From Xenophilus sp. (GTDB lineage Bacteria; Pseudomonadota; Gammaproteobacteria; Burkholderiales; Burkholderiaceae_C), in NCBI GenBank assembly GCA_047607325.1, contig JASGDG010000412.1, forward strand, positions 17,711 through 81,710: 64,000 nt of DNA. Direction: 5' to 3'. Numbering within the stretch: position 1 is the stretch's first letter; every line of letters begins with the position of its first letter. The notes under the pieces were generated by a model. The model did no database searches, was not told where the DNA came from, and saw only the letters and a list, made by a program, of their open reading frames with translations. Shown one piece after another: positions 28,356-38,011 of the stretch. Made by a program: the position numbers and the translations under genes.

Positions 28356-31300
28356 TCACGGGCCCGCCTGCGGCGGCGCGGGCGGTGTAGTACCGGGGTG
28401 ATAGGTCGAGTCGAACACCATGTCCGCCAGCCAGCGTTTGAAGTTGGCGTTGTCGCTGAACTGCTTGAACAGTTCGGTGTGGTCATCCAGCAGTTCCAGC
28501 ACCACGCGGTTGAGTGCCTTGTCGTGCTCCAGCCGGGCGTTCTGCTTGCCGGAGTTGGCCTGCGCGTTCTGATACGCCTTGTCCTGCGCCACGCGCGCGG
28601 GGATTTCCTCGGTGATGACCTTCCTGATTTTGTCGGCATCGTGCCACTCGATGTTGCCGAACAGGTCGTTGAACTGCTTGATGACGTTCGAGAGCCTGTC
28701 CAGGTCCGGCTCGCCGCCACCACCGCCGCCGCTGGGCGGCGGCGGTTCGACGAAGGCGTCCGCGTCGTCCAGCGCCATCTTCATCGCCGCCTGCGCCTGC
28801 GCGCGGTAGCTGTCCATGTCGATGGCTTCCAGCACGCCTTTGGATAGGTCTTCCTCCTTCGGAGCGGGCAGCTTCGGAATCAGGAGGTTCAGGAAAATCG
28901 ACAGCTTCTCCCACGCCGGATGCCCGTAGGGCAGGATCGCCGACAGGAAACCATAGCTGCGCACGAACGCCTTGGCCTTGCCTTTGAACTTGACCTGATC
29001 GTCCTCGCCGAGTTTGCTGGCGTATTCGGCCACGCAGACATCGAGAATGGGATCGAGCTTGTCGCGGTCGGCACCGGACAGATACAACGCCACCAAGTCA
29101 TCCACCTGCTGGGTGCTGTATACCTGCTGCGCGTCCAACTCGGCCTTAATGTCGTGCAGCTTGTTCGGGTCGGTTTCGCCGTCCTGAATCGTGGCGCGGT
29201 AATACTCCTGAAACGCCGCCTTCACCGCCTCGGCGTTGTCGGCGAAGTCGAGCACGAAGGTGTCCGCCTTCTGCGGATGCGCGCGGTTCAGGCGCGACAG
29301 CGTCTGCACCGCCAGCACGCCCGCCAGCGGCTTGTCCACATACATGGTGTGCAGCAGCGGTTCGTCGAAGCCGGTAACGAACTTATTGGCGACGATCAAG
29401 AAGCGATACGGGTCTTGTTTGAGCTTGGCTGGAATGTCCTTGCTCGGAAAGCCGTTGAGGTCGGCCTCGGCCTTCTTCGATCCGCCAATCTCGAAGTCGC
29501 CGGAATACGCGACGATGGCCTTGTAGGGGCTTTTGATTTCGGCGAGGTAGTCCGACACCTCCCGGAAGTAGTCGATGGCCCGCGCAATGCCGTTGCAGAC
29601 GATCATCGTCCGCGCCTTGCCGCCGATCTTCTTCGCGCCGATCACCTGCGCGGTGAAGTGATCGACCATGATCTCCGCCTTGCGGCGAATGGCCTTGTCG
29701 TGCGATTCGACGTAGCGCCGGATTTTCTTCAGCGCCTTCAGCTTGTCCACCTGCGGGTCGTCCTCGATGGTCTTGGCGACGTGGTAGAAACTGTCCACCG
29801 GCGTGTAGTTGGCGATCACGTCGAGGATGAAGCCCTCCTGTATCGCCTGCTTGGTGGTGTAGGTCAGTTCCTCCGGCGAGCGGAACTGCACCTTGTCGCC
29901 CACCGTCACCCGTTCGCCGAACAACTCCAGCGTCTTGGTCTTCGGTGTAGCGGTGAAGGCGTAGTAGCTGGCGTTGGCCAGCAGCTTGCGCGAAGCGATG
30001 CGCTTTTCGATTTCGGCATTCACCGCATCCTGCGTGGAATCCTCCTCGAACTCCTCTTCAGTCACACCACCCAGCGCCTGATGCATCTTGGCCGTGGTCT
30101 TGCCGCCCTGACTGGAATGTGCCTCGTCGATCAGCAGCGCGAACTTGCGGTCGCCGAGGTCGCCCAGCTCGTCGAGGATGAAGGGGAACTTCTGCACCGT
30201 AGTGATGATGATCTTCTTGCCCCGGCGCAGGAAGTCGCGCAGTTCCTGCGCGTTGTCCGAGTGGCCGAGGATCGAGGCCACATGGTCGTAGCCCTTGATG
30301 GTCTTGTGAATCTGGGTGTCCAGCGCGCGCCGGTCGGTGATGACGATGACCGAGTCGAACTGCGCCTGCGTTTCGTCCGTCGCCGTCTTCAACTCCACCA
30401 ACTGGTGTGCCAGCCACGCAATGGTGTTGCTCTTGCCGCTGCCCGCCGAGTGCTGGATCAGATAACGCTGGCCCACGCCGTCGGCGCGGCTGCGGCGCAG
30501 CAGGGCGCGCACCGTGCGCAACTGGTGGAAGCGCGGAAACACCGGCTTGCGGGTCTTGCGCCGCCTGCCGCTGGCATCTTCCTCCTCGTCCTCCACCACC
30601 TGCGCGTAGTTCTCGATGATGTTCGCCAGCGAATCCTTCACCAGCACCTGCTTCCACAGGTAATCGGTCTTGATGCCATTGGGATTCGGAGGGTTACCCG
30701 CGCCGCTGTTCCAACCCTGATTGAACGGCAGGAACCACGACGCCTTGCCCTTCAACTCGGTGCAAAAACGCACCTCGGCATCGTCCACCGCCATGTGCGC
30801 GATACAGCGGCCAGACTGGAACAACAACTCCTTCGGGTCACGCGTGGTTTGGTATTGGACGATGGCGTCCGCCACCGTCTGCTTGGTCAGCGAGTTCTTC
30901 AACTCGAAGGTCAGCATCGGCAGGCCGTTGATGAAGGTCACCAAGTCCAGCTCGTTGCCCGAATCGTTGCTGTAGCGCACCTGCCGGGTGATGCTGAAGA
31001 TGTTCTTGCCGAAGGCTTCGGCCGCGCTGACGTTGCCCGGCGTGGGCAGCAGCTTGTAAAGATCGACCGTCACCGGCCCGTGGCTCACGCCCTTGCGCAA
31101 CACATCTACCACGCCGCGCTTGGTGATCTCGCCTTGCAGCCGGTGCAGGAACTGCGTGCGCTGGATACCGTCGGAGGCGAGGTTCAGCGTTTCCACCACC
31201 TTGGGTTGGGTGGCGTGCAGGAACTCCAGCAGCTTCGATACGTCCAGCGCCACGTCGCGGTTGTAGTCGCTCGCCCGGCCCAGCACGTAGCCGCCCGGCG

Positions 31301-31421
31301 CATACACCGATATCGGCTCCTGCACCGTGTTCGCCGGAACTGGCGGGTGCTCGCTGATGCCCGCCAGATGGCGCACAATCAGCCTTTCCAGTTCCTTCTC
31401 GCTGGTGTCGGTCGGTTTCAT
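28356..31421 (-). CDS. hsdR: Type I restriction endonuclease subunit R
   Basis: Nuclease DLVTFINGLP...ELK; helicase QHSAGSGKS, IDEAHSSQ, FTATP, TGFDEP, QTLSRLNR. Confidence 0.95.
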   Translation of the reverse strand: MKPTDTSEKELERLIVRHLAGISEHPPVPANTVQEPISVYAPGGYVLGRASDYNRDVALDVSKLLEFLHATQPKVVETLNLASDGIQRTQFLHRLQGEITKRGVVDVLRKGVSHGPVTVDLYKLLPTPGNVSAAEAFGKNIFSITRQVRYSNDSGNELDLVTFINGLPMLTFELKNSLTKQTVADAIVQYQTTRDPKELLFQSGRCIAHMAVDDAEVRFCTELKGKASWFLPFNQGWNSGAGNPPNPNGIKTDYLWKQVLVKDSLANIIENYAQVVEDEEEDASGRRRKTRKPVFPRFHQLRTVRALLRRSRADGVGQRYLIQHSAGSGKSNTIAWLAHQLVELKTATDETQAQFDSVIVITDRRALDTQIHKTIKGYDHVASILGHSDNAQELRDFLRRGKKIIITTVQKFPFILDELGDLGDRKFALLIDEAHSSQGGKTTAKMHQALGGVTEEEFEEDSTQDAVNAEIEKRIASRKLLANASYYAFTATPKTKTLELFGERVTVGDKVQFRSPEELTYTTKQAIQEGFILDVIANYTPVDSFYHVAKTIEDDPQVDKLKALKKIRRYVESHDKAIRRKAEIMVDHFTAQVIGAKKIGGKARTMIVCNGIARAIDYFREVSDYLAEIKSPYKAIVAYSGDFEIGGSKKAEADLNGFPSKDIPAKLKQDPYRFLIVANKFVTGFDEPLLHTMYVDKPLAGVLAVQTLSRLNRAHPQKADTFVLDFADNAEAVKAAFQEYYRATIQDGETDPNKLHDIKAELDAQQVYSTQQVDDLVALYLSGADRDKLDPILDVCVAEYASKLGEDDQVKFKGKAKAFVRSYGFLSAILPYGHPAWEKLSIFLNLLIPKLPAPKEEDLSKGVLEAIDMDSYRAQAQAAMKMALDDADAFVEPPPPSGGGGGGEPDLDRLSNVIKQFNDLFGNIEWHDADKIRKVITEEIPARVAQDKAYQNAQANSGKQNARLEHDKALNRVVLELLDDHTELFKQFSDNANFKRWLADMVFDSTYHPGTTPPAPPQAGP

Positions 31422-32482
31422 ATGCTCTCCAGCAGGCGGGCAATGGCTTTGGGCGACGGCAACTGGTCTTTCAGTTCCTTCGGCAGCGTCTTGGTGATTT
31501 CGTAGGTCGCCACGCCGATGGGTTTGCGCGCGTCATGCAGGGCGTATTCGACGATGGTGCGGGTTTTCTCCTTGCACAGGATGATGCCGATGGACGGGTT
31601 CTCGTCCTCCTGCCGCACCTGCGCATCCAGCGCCGTGAGGTAGAACTGCATCTTGCCGACGAACTCCGGCTCGAACTCGCCGATCTTCAACTCGACGGCG
31701 ACCAGCGCGCGCAAGCGCCGGTGGAACAGCAGCAGGTCGATGAAGTATTCCTTGCCTTCCACCTCCAGCCGGTACTGGCTGCCCATGAAGGCGAACATGC
31801 CGCCCATCGCTCGCAGGAAGTCCTCGATGCGGGCGATCAGCGCGCGTTCCAGCTCGCGCTCGCTGTGCTGCTCGCCCAGTTCGAGGAAGTCGAAGGCGTA
31901 CTCGTCCTTCACCGCCAGCTTCGCCTGTGCGCGCAGGGCGGGCGTGAGCGCTTTGTCAAAGTTGGTCTGGCCGAGCAGCGATTTCTCGTAGCTCTGGTTG
32001 TCGATCTGGTGTACGAGCACGTTCTTCGACCAGCCGAACTTGCGCGTCATGCGCAGGTAGAACTCGCGCTCCTGTGCATCCTTGCAGCGTTCGAGGATGA
32101 CGAGGTTGTGGCTCCAGCCAATTTCTCGCACCAGTGGTGCGAGTTTTTCCGTGGCGCTGTAGGTCTCGAAAAAGCCCTTCATCCGCCACAGGTTGGACGC
32201 CGAGAAGCCGCCCGTGCCCGGAAAATCGGCCTGAAGGTCGGCGGCAAGCTGCGCCACCACGGCTTTTCCCCAACCTTCGCTCTGCTGCCGATCCACGATC
32301 AGCCGCCCGATGTCCCAATACAGGCCGACCAGCTCCTTGTTGACCGCGCGTAGCGCCGCGTACTGGGCGGACTGGATGCGTGCCTTCACCTCCGCCAGCA
32401 GGGCCGGATAGTCCTTCGCCGCAGCAGTTTCTCGCACCGCCGGTGCGAGTTTCTTGCGAGTGGTTTTCTTACTCGTCGCCAT
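31418..32482 (-). CDS. yhcG: YhcG/DUF1016 PD-(D/E)xK nuclease-domain protein
   Basis: VNKELVGLYWDIG, GFSASNLWRM, KDEYAFDFL, IDLLLFHRRLRALVAVELK, GKMQFYL. Confidence 0.92.
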   Translation of the reverse strand: MATSKKTTRKKLAPAVRETAAAKDYPALLAEVKARIQSAQYAALRAVNKELVGLYWDIGRLIVDRQQSEGWGKAVVAQLAADLQADFPGTGGFSASNLWRMKGFFETYSATEKLAPLVREIGWSHNLVILERCKDAQEREFYLRMTRKFGWSKNVLVHQIDNQSYEKSLLGQTNFDKALTPALRAQAKLAVKDEYAFDFLELGEQHSERELERALIARIEDFLRAMGGMFAFMGSQYRLEVEGKEYFIDLLLFHRRLRALVAVELKIGEFEPEFVGKMQFYLTALDAQVRQEDENPSIGIILCKEKTRTIVEYALHDARKPIGVATYEITKTLPKELKDQLPSPKAIARLLESI

Positions 32483-33866
32483 CGGCGGCCTCCTCGACAG
32501 GTTCGGCTTCATCGTCGCCCAGCGCGGCGAGGTGGTCGTCGCTTACAGCATCGTCCGGGCCGGGCTGCCAGCCGCGCAAATCCACCTGGCCGGTGACGGC
32601 ATCGGCAATCAGACGGTCGCGATACTCGCGGATCAGCTTGATTTCGTCCTCGGTGCGGGAAATGGCTTCGTCGAGGGGCGCACTTTCGGACTGAATGCGT
32701 GCAACGATAGTCTGCTGCTCGGTCATGGTCGGCAAGGCCACTGGGAAACGCCCCAGTACGGTTTCCGCAATGGCTGGATACGCGATGCCGATGGAGTTGG
32801 CCGTCACGCGGTTCACGAAGGCGCTGCTCTGGATGACGTAGCCGAGGTATTCGGGCTCGATGCTCTTGCCCGGCGTGAGCACCGCGAAGCCCGTGGAAGC
32901 AATCAGGTCGTCGGCATCCTCGTTGACGAACCAGATGGCTTTCAGGTACGTCCGAACGGTTGAGATGATGGTGTCGCCTCGGCGTAAAACACGGCGCGCG
33001 CGGGACGGCGCAGCCCCGAAGCGGAGGCGTTCCAGCTCTTTCGCCAAACGCCCCGTTTTCACGGAGCCAATGTCTACGTAGCGGAACTCGAAGTCCGGGT
33101 CGGTCTTATCGCCGAGCGTGCTGGCATTGAGGCGCACCCACCGCTTCAGCGGTTTGATTTCCCAATGCTCCGGCACATCGCCCAGCCATTCGATGCCGGA
33201 AGATTTGAGCTTGACGGACGCATCGAGGCCGCGCGTGACGGCGTGGTCGATGATGCGCAGCTTCTGTTCGGTCAACAGCGCGATGAGATCGCGCTTGGCC
33301 TTGATGAAGCGGGCGATGTGCGCGTCCTGTGCGCGCAGGTAGGCAACGATCTGGTCTTGCTCGGGGCGCGGGGGTTGCAGCAGCGCGATGTCGAGGAACT
33401 GGTTCGGATACAAGCGCAGGCGCGAAGAACGGATACCGGTCGAACGCCCGATGTATTCGGCGACGTAGGCGCGTGTGCGTAGCAGGTAGTCCAGATACGC
33501 CGGATTGAAGCTGTCGGCGCGGTGCGGGCGATACACGCCGTAGGCCGGGCTGACGATGCCCGCGTGTGTGCTCGCGCCCAACGCCGCCATCCACGCCCAC
33601 AGCGTGTTGATCACGATGTCGCCGGGGCGGCAGAGCTTGGAGCCGACGTAGCTCGCAGCCTTGAACATGGTCACGTTCTTCTGGCTGCGCGGCGTGACGC
33701 CGGTGAGGTGCGACACCGACAGCAGTTCTTCCTGCCCAGTCTTCGAGCGTTCGTCCACCTCGCGGAAGAAGGTTTTGGCGCGCTGCTCGTTCCAGTGTTC
33801 AGGCACGGGCGGCAGCCAGCGCATTCGCGCCGTTCGGTAGCCCGGATAGGATTTTTCCGCCGCCAT
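32469..33866 (-). CDS. hsdS: Type I restriction specificity subunit S
   Basis: Two TRDs, each followed by P-x-x-x-EQ; conserved linker LLTEQKLRIIDHAVTRGLD...SGIEWLGDVPEHW. Confidence 0.93.
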   Translation of the reverse strand: MAAEKSYPGYRTARMRWLPPVPEHWNEQRAKTFFREVDERSKTGQEELLSVSHLTGVTPRSQKNVTMFKAASYVGSKLCRPGDIVINTLWAWMAALGASTHAGIVSPAYGVYRPHRADSFNPAYLDYLLRTRAYVAEYIGRSTGIRSSRLRLYPNQFLDIALLQPPRPEQDQIVAYLRAQDAHIARFIKAKRDLIALLTEQKLRIIDHAVTRGLDASVKLKSSGIEWLGDVPEHWEIKPLKRWVRLNASTLGDKTDPDFEFRYVDIGSVKTGRLAKELERLRFGAAPSRARRVLRRGDTIISTVRTYLKAIWFVNEDADDLIASTGFAVLTPGKSIEPEYLGYVIQSSAFVNRVTANSIGIAYPAIAETVLGRFPVALPTMTEQQTIVARIQSESAPLDEAISRTEDEIKLIREYRDRLIADAVTGQVDLRGWQPGPDDAVSDDHLAALGDDEAEPVEEAADGDE

Positions 33867-36247
33867 CACGCCGTTCCCACGATCTTGTCGAGCAAACCTT
33901 CGGTCTGCTGTTCCAGCTTCAGGATGTCGGCGCGGATTTCCGCCAGCGAGCGCAGCGGCGCGGGCCTGTAGAAGTAGCGGGCGAAGGAGATTTCGTAGCC
34001 GACCTGGGTCTTCTCGCCGTCCACCCACGCATCGCTGGCGTGCGGCAGAATTTCGCGCCGGAAGAACGCCTCGATGCCGCCTGGCTCCTTCAGCGGCACC
34101 TGCTCCGTATCGCGCAGATCGCTGTCGGGTTCGTACTCGACCATGAAGCGATCCTTGCCCACGGTTTCCAGGTACGCGCCGTCGAAGCCCGGCTCGAAGT
34201 GTTCGCCTTTCTTCAGCTTGGTGCGCTTGGCGACCACCGGCGGCGCAGTCTCGTCGCGCCAGCTCACGGCCTTGAAGATGGCCTTCTTGTCTGCGGCGGA
34301 GAGCTTCTTGTCGTGCGCCTTCATCGCCGCGTCGAATTGAGTGCGGAAGACGTTGTGGTCGTCGAACACGGCATCGCCGAGTTCCTTCTGCGCCAGCAGC
34401 GCCAGTTCCAATAGCGCCTTGTCGCGTTGCCACGTCGCGGCATCGAGCAGCTTCTTGCGGCGTTTTTCGGGCACGGCTTTCTTGGCCGGTGTGCTGTCTT
34501 CACCTTCATCCTCGCCGCCGTCGGCGTCTTCCTCCTCGCTGTCGCCCTTCAGCCATGCCTCGATCTCCGGTTTCAGTTTGGCGAAGTCGGTGTAGAGCTT
34601 CTCGCCGTACTTGCCCCACAGTTCGGCGCGCAGGGCTTCGTCGCCCGACGCGAAGCGCAGGGTTTCGATGGCGCTGGTTTTCAACTGGCTTTTCAGGCGC
34701 AGCGGGCGTTCGACGGTGATCTTCCAGTAGCCAAAGTCCTGTGTGTCGAACCATTTGGACTGCGAGGTCTCCTGCGCCTCGCCCAAGTAGATGTCGAGAA
34801 TGCGCTGGATGTCGGCCTCCGCCAGCTCGCAGTTCTTCTTGCCGAGGTTGCGGCGCAGCGGCTGGAACCACCCACTCGCATCGATCAACTGCACCTTGCC
34901 ACGGCGCACGGCGGCCTTGCGGTTGGCCAGCACCCAGATGTAGGTGGCGATGCCGGTGTTGTAGAAGATGTTGAGCGGCAGGGCGATGATGGCTTCGAGC
35001 CAGTCGTTTTCCAGCACCCAGCGGCGGATGTTGCTTTCGCCTTGCCCGGCGTCGCCAGTGAACAAGGCCGAGCCGTTGTGGACGAGGGCGATGCGGCTGC
35101 CCACGCCGTCGGTGGGCGCGTTGCGCTTCATCTTGGACAGCTTGTTCACGAGGAACATGAGCTGACCGTCGCTGGAGCGGGTGATGAGCTTGAGTTCGGG
35201 GTTGTCGCCGTGGCTGACGATGAAGCGCGGGTCATTGAAGCCCTGCTTGCCGCCCATGCGCTCCAGATCGGTCTTCCAACTCTTGCCGTAGGGCGGGTTG
35301 GAGATCATGAAGTCGAATTCGCGGCTGCGGAACTGGTCGGCGGAGAGCGTGGATTTGTCCGCGCCGCCGACGATGTGTTCGGCCTCGTCGCCTTCGCCCT
35401 TCAAGAGCAGGTCGGCCTTGCAGATGGCGTAGGTTTCGGGGTTGATCTCCTGCCCGAACAGGTGAATGGAAACCTCCTTGTCGTGGTCGTCGGCCAGTTC
35501 CTGCAAGGTTTCCTCGGCTACGGTGAGCATGCCGCCGGTGCCGCAGGAGCCGTCGTAAAGCAGGTAGGTGCCGGATTGGATTTTTTCCGCCACGGGCAGG
35601 AACAGCAGCTTGGCCATGAGCTTGACCACGTCGCGCGGCGTGAAGTGCTCACCCGCTTCCTCGTTGTTTTCTTCGTTGAAGCGGCGGATGAGTTCCTCGA
35701 ACACGGTGCCCATGCCGTGGTTGTCCAGCGGCGGCAGCTTCACGCGGCCGTCGGCATCCTTCACCGGCAGCGGCGAGAGATTGATCTCCGGGTCGAGGAA
35801 GTCTTCGATCAGGTAGCCGAGGACGTGAGCATCCACCAGCGTTTGAATCTGGTCGCGGAATTTGAACTTGGTGAGGATTTCCTGCACGTTGGGCGAGAAG
35901 CCGTCCAGATACGCGATGAAGTCTTCGCGCAGGCGTTGCCCCTGACTGCTGGCCTTGAGCTTGGCGAGCGTGAATTCAGAGGTGTTGTAGAACGCCTGCC
36001 CCGCCGACATGCGCAGCGCGCCGTCCTGCTCGGCCACCTTGTGCGCATCGAGAAACTTCTTGCGCTCCAGCACCGCCTGTTTGGTGGATTCGAGCACGGC
36101 ATCGAGCCGCCGCAGCACGGTGAACGGCAGGATCACGTCGCGGTACTTGCCGCGCACATAGACGTCGCGCAGGCGGTCGTCCGCGATGTTCCAGATGAAG
36201 TCGGAAAGCCATTTGATCTGGCTTTGGTCTTGGTGTTTTTTCTGCAT
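33866..36247 (-). CDS. hsdM: Type I restriction methyltransferase subunit M (m6A)
   Basis: GEHFTPRDVV, YDGSCGTGG, FGQEIN, ISNPPYG, LPLNIFYNTGIATYIW. Confidence 0.95.
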   Translation of the reverse strand: MQKKHQDQSQIKWLSDFIWNIADDRLRDVYVRGKYRDVILPFTVLRRLDAVLESTKQAVLERKKFLDAHKVAEQDGALRMSAGQAFYNTSEFTLAKLKASSQGQRLREDFIAYLDGFSPNVQEILTKFKFRDQIQTLVDAHVLGYLIEDFLDPEINLSPLPVKDADGRVKLPPLDNHGMGTVFEELIRRFNEENNEEAGEHFTPRDVVKLMAKLLFLPVAEKIQSGTYLLYDGSCGTGGMLTVAEETLQELADDHDKEVSIHLFGQEINPETYAICKADLLLKGEGDEAEHIVGGADKSTLSADQFRSREFDFMISNPPYGKSWKTDLERMGGKQGFNDPRFIVSHGDNPELKLITRSSDGQLMFLVNKLSKMKRNAPTDGVGSRIALVHNGSALFTGDAGQGESNIRRWVLENDWLEAIIALPLNIFYNTGIATYIWVLANRKAAVRRGKVQLIDASGWFQPLRRNLGKKNCELAEADIQRILDIYLGEAQETSQSKWFDTQDFGYWKITVERPLRLKSQLKTSAIETLRFASGDEALRAELWGKYGEKLYTDFAKLKPEIEAWLKGDSEEEDADGGEDEGEDSTPAKKAVPEKRRKKLLDAATWQRDKALLELALLAQKELGDAVFDDHNVFRTQFDAAMKAHDKKLSAADKKAIFKAVSWRDETAPPVVAKRTKLKKGEHFEPGFDGAYLETVGKDRFMVEYEPDSDLRDTEQVPLKEPGGIEAFFRREILPHASDAWVDGEKTQVGYEISFARYFYRPAPLRSLAEIRADILKLEQQTEGLLDKIVGTA

Positions 36248-36258
36248 CGATACTTTCC

Positions 36259-37995
36259 TCAGCTCGCCGCCGATTCGGGGACCTTTTCGTCCGAGGCCGC
36301 GACGGCGAGATTCCAATGTTGTTTGAGCACGCTCACGAGGCGCTTCTGCCGTTCGGTCAGGAGCTTGGGCGTCCATTCGCCTTCCGACCGAACCTCCTGC
36401 GTCAGCACGAAGGGCGATGCCTTGCCTTTGCCCTTGAAGTAAACGTCCTTCTTCTTGGCAAAGTCGTAGTTGCTGGCGGAAGAGTTTTTGTTCCGATCCA
36501 GCGGAACCAGGTTGGCTAGACGGTGCGTCCATGCATCGCGCTCGTCCTCGTCAGGGAACCACTGGAGCCAGTCCGAACCATCGGGCGGCGTTTGCGGCAG
36601 GACGTGCTCCAGCGACATGGCATTCTGGAGTTGCACGCCGGGGGCACGCACCAGCGATTCGAGGCGCAAGACCAGCGCCATGCGCGCCTTCGGCAGGTTG
36701 CGGTAGATGTCGCCGTCGAGCGCGGCGACGAACTCGCGCTTCTGCTTGTCGGTGAGGGCCAGCGTTTTCAGCGCGGCCACATCGCCATCGAAGGCGTCCG
36801 GCTCGATTTCCTTCGTGAGCGCGGCGTAGGTCTCGATGCGCTCGTTGATGCCGACGCGCGTGACGAGCAGGAAATAGGTCAGCCGCTCCAGCGTCTGGAA
36901 GAACTCGGCGAGCCGCTTGGGCTGCTGGCGGAACCGCTTGAAATAGACCAGCGCCGGAGGCACCCAGTCCTTGAAGTCCACGCGGTTGAGCCACGACAGG
37001 TGCTCGTTGATGGTTTCCGCCAGTTCCGTGGCCTCGAAGTCGGCGTCGCGCACGAAGTCCCAGACCTCGGCATAGGGCTTGATGACCTTGTCGACGAGGT
37101 CGATGGGCTTTTTGTATTCGGCGACGTGTTCCTGAAATTCCTTGACCAGCGTCGCCCGCTGCTTCTGCTTGGCGTAGATGGCGCGGATGTGGACGAACAG
37201 GTCGCCAAAGCCTTCGCGGCCCAGCGTGTTTTCGATGCGGCTCCATTCCTTCGCGTAGGCGCGGCTCTTGGGTTCGCCCGCCGTGGTGCGGATCAGGCCC
37301 AGCACTTCGGCCTTGATGATGTCGATGGGCGCGAGGTCGAGGCCCCGGTTGTTGAGCACCGAGAAGATGCGGTAGGCGGCTTCGAGGTCGGGCGTGGAGA
37401 TGACGACCAGCGAGCAGTCGTTGGCGAGGAATTTCCACAAAGCGTCCAGATCGGCGGCGGGCAGCGCCTTGGCCCGCTCCAGCAGCAGCGCGGCGTTTTC
37501 GCGGAAGCGCAGGCGGCTGTCGTCGAGCCTGGCGGTGCTGGCGACCAACTGCGCGATGCCGCCCGGCTCCTGCACGTTGGCGCGGAAGAAGTCGGCGTCT
37601 TCCTCGCGGGCGATCAGGCGGTACTCGTTTTTCTCGCCGAGGCTGATCTTGCCCTTCTTGTAGAGGAAGTCGGTGATGTCGTCGGCGGCGTGCGGCATGG
37701 CCTCGCGCAGCACCGCGAACAGCATCGTCAGCGTGGACAGACGCTGCTGGCCATCGACGACGGATGACTTCGGTTCGCGGTCGTTCTTGATGAGGACGAT
37801 GCTGCCGAGGAAATACTGGCTGCCCGCGCCGCCGAGGCGGGCTTCCTGCATGGCCGAGACCAGATCGTCGAACAGTTCGCCCGCCTGCTCGGTCGTCCAT
37901 GCGTAGGGGCGCTGGTAGTCCGGAATCTCGAACTGGTAGCTGCCCTCGAAGATCTCGCGGATCAGTTTGTCGTGGGCTTCGAGTGTCTTGGCCAT
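36259..37995 (-). CDS. DUF262-DUF1524 GmrSD-family nuclease (type IV-like)
   Basis: IPDYQRPYAW, VVDGQQRLSTL, FSVLNNRG, EHVLPQ...LANLVPL...KN. Confidence 0.9.
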   Translation of the reverse strand: MAKTLEAHDKLIREIFEGSYQFEIPDYQRPYAWTTEQAGELFDDLVSAMQEARLGGAGSQYFLGSIVLIKNDREPKSSVVDGQQRLSTLTMLFAVLREAMPHAADDITDFLYKKGKISLGEKNEYRLIAREEDADFFRANVQEPGGIAQLVASTARLDDSRLRFRENAALLLERAKALPAADLDALWKFLANDCSLVVISTPDLEAAYRIFSVLNNRGLDLAPIDIIKAEVLGLIRTTAGEPKSRAYAKEWSRIENTLGREGFGDLFVHIRAIYAKQKQRATLVKEFQEHVAEYKKPIDLVDKVIKPYAEVWDFVRDADFEATELAETINEHLSWLNRVDFKDWVPPALVYFKRFRQQPKRLAEFFQTLERLTYFLLVTRVGINERIETYAALTKEIEPDAFDGDVAALKTLALTDKQKREFVAALDGDIYRNLPKARMALVLRLESLVRAPGVQLQNAMSLEHVLPQTPPDGSDWLQWFPDEDERDAWTHRLANLVPLDRNKNSSASNYDFAKKKDVYFKGKGKASPFVLTQEVRSEGEWTPKLLTERQKRLVSVLKQHWNLAVAASDEKVPESAAS

Positions 37996-38011
37996 TGCGG
38001 TGGTTCTTCCC

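Noticed and set aside
28337-28723. N-terminal extension of the CD-NTase shown in the ORF track (420 aa)
   Set aside because: It overlaps the hsdR 3' end in another frame; ATG 28336 has its own RBS and gives a typical length
31418-32482. yhcG between hsdS and hsdR as a novelty
   Set aside because: A common insertion in type I RM operons
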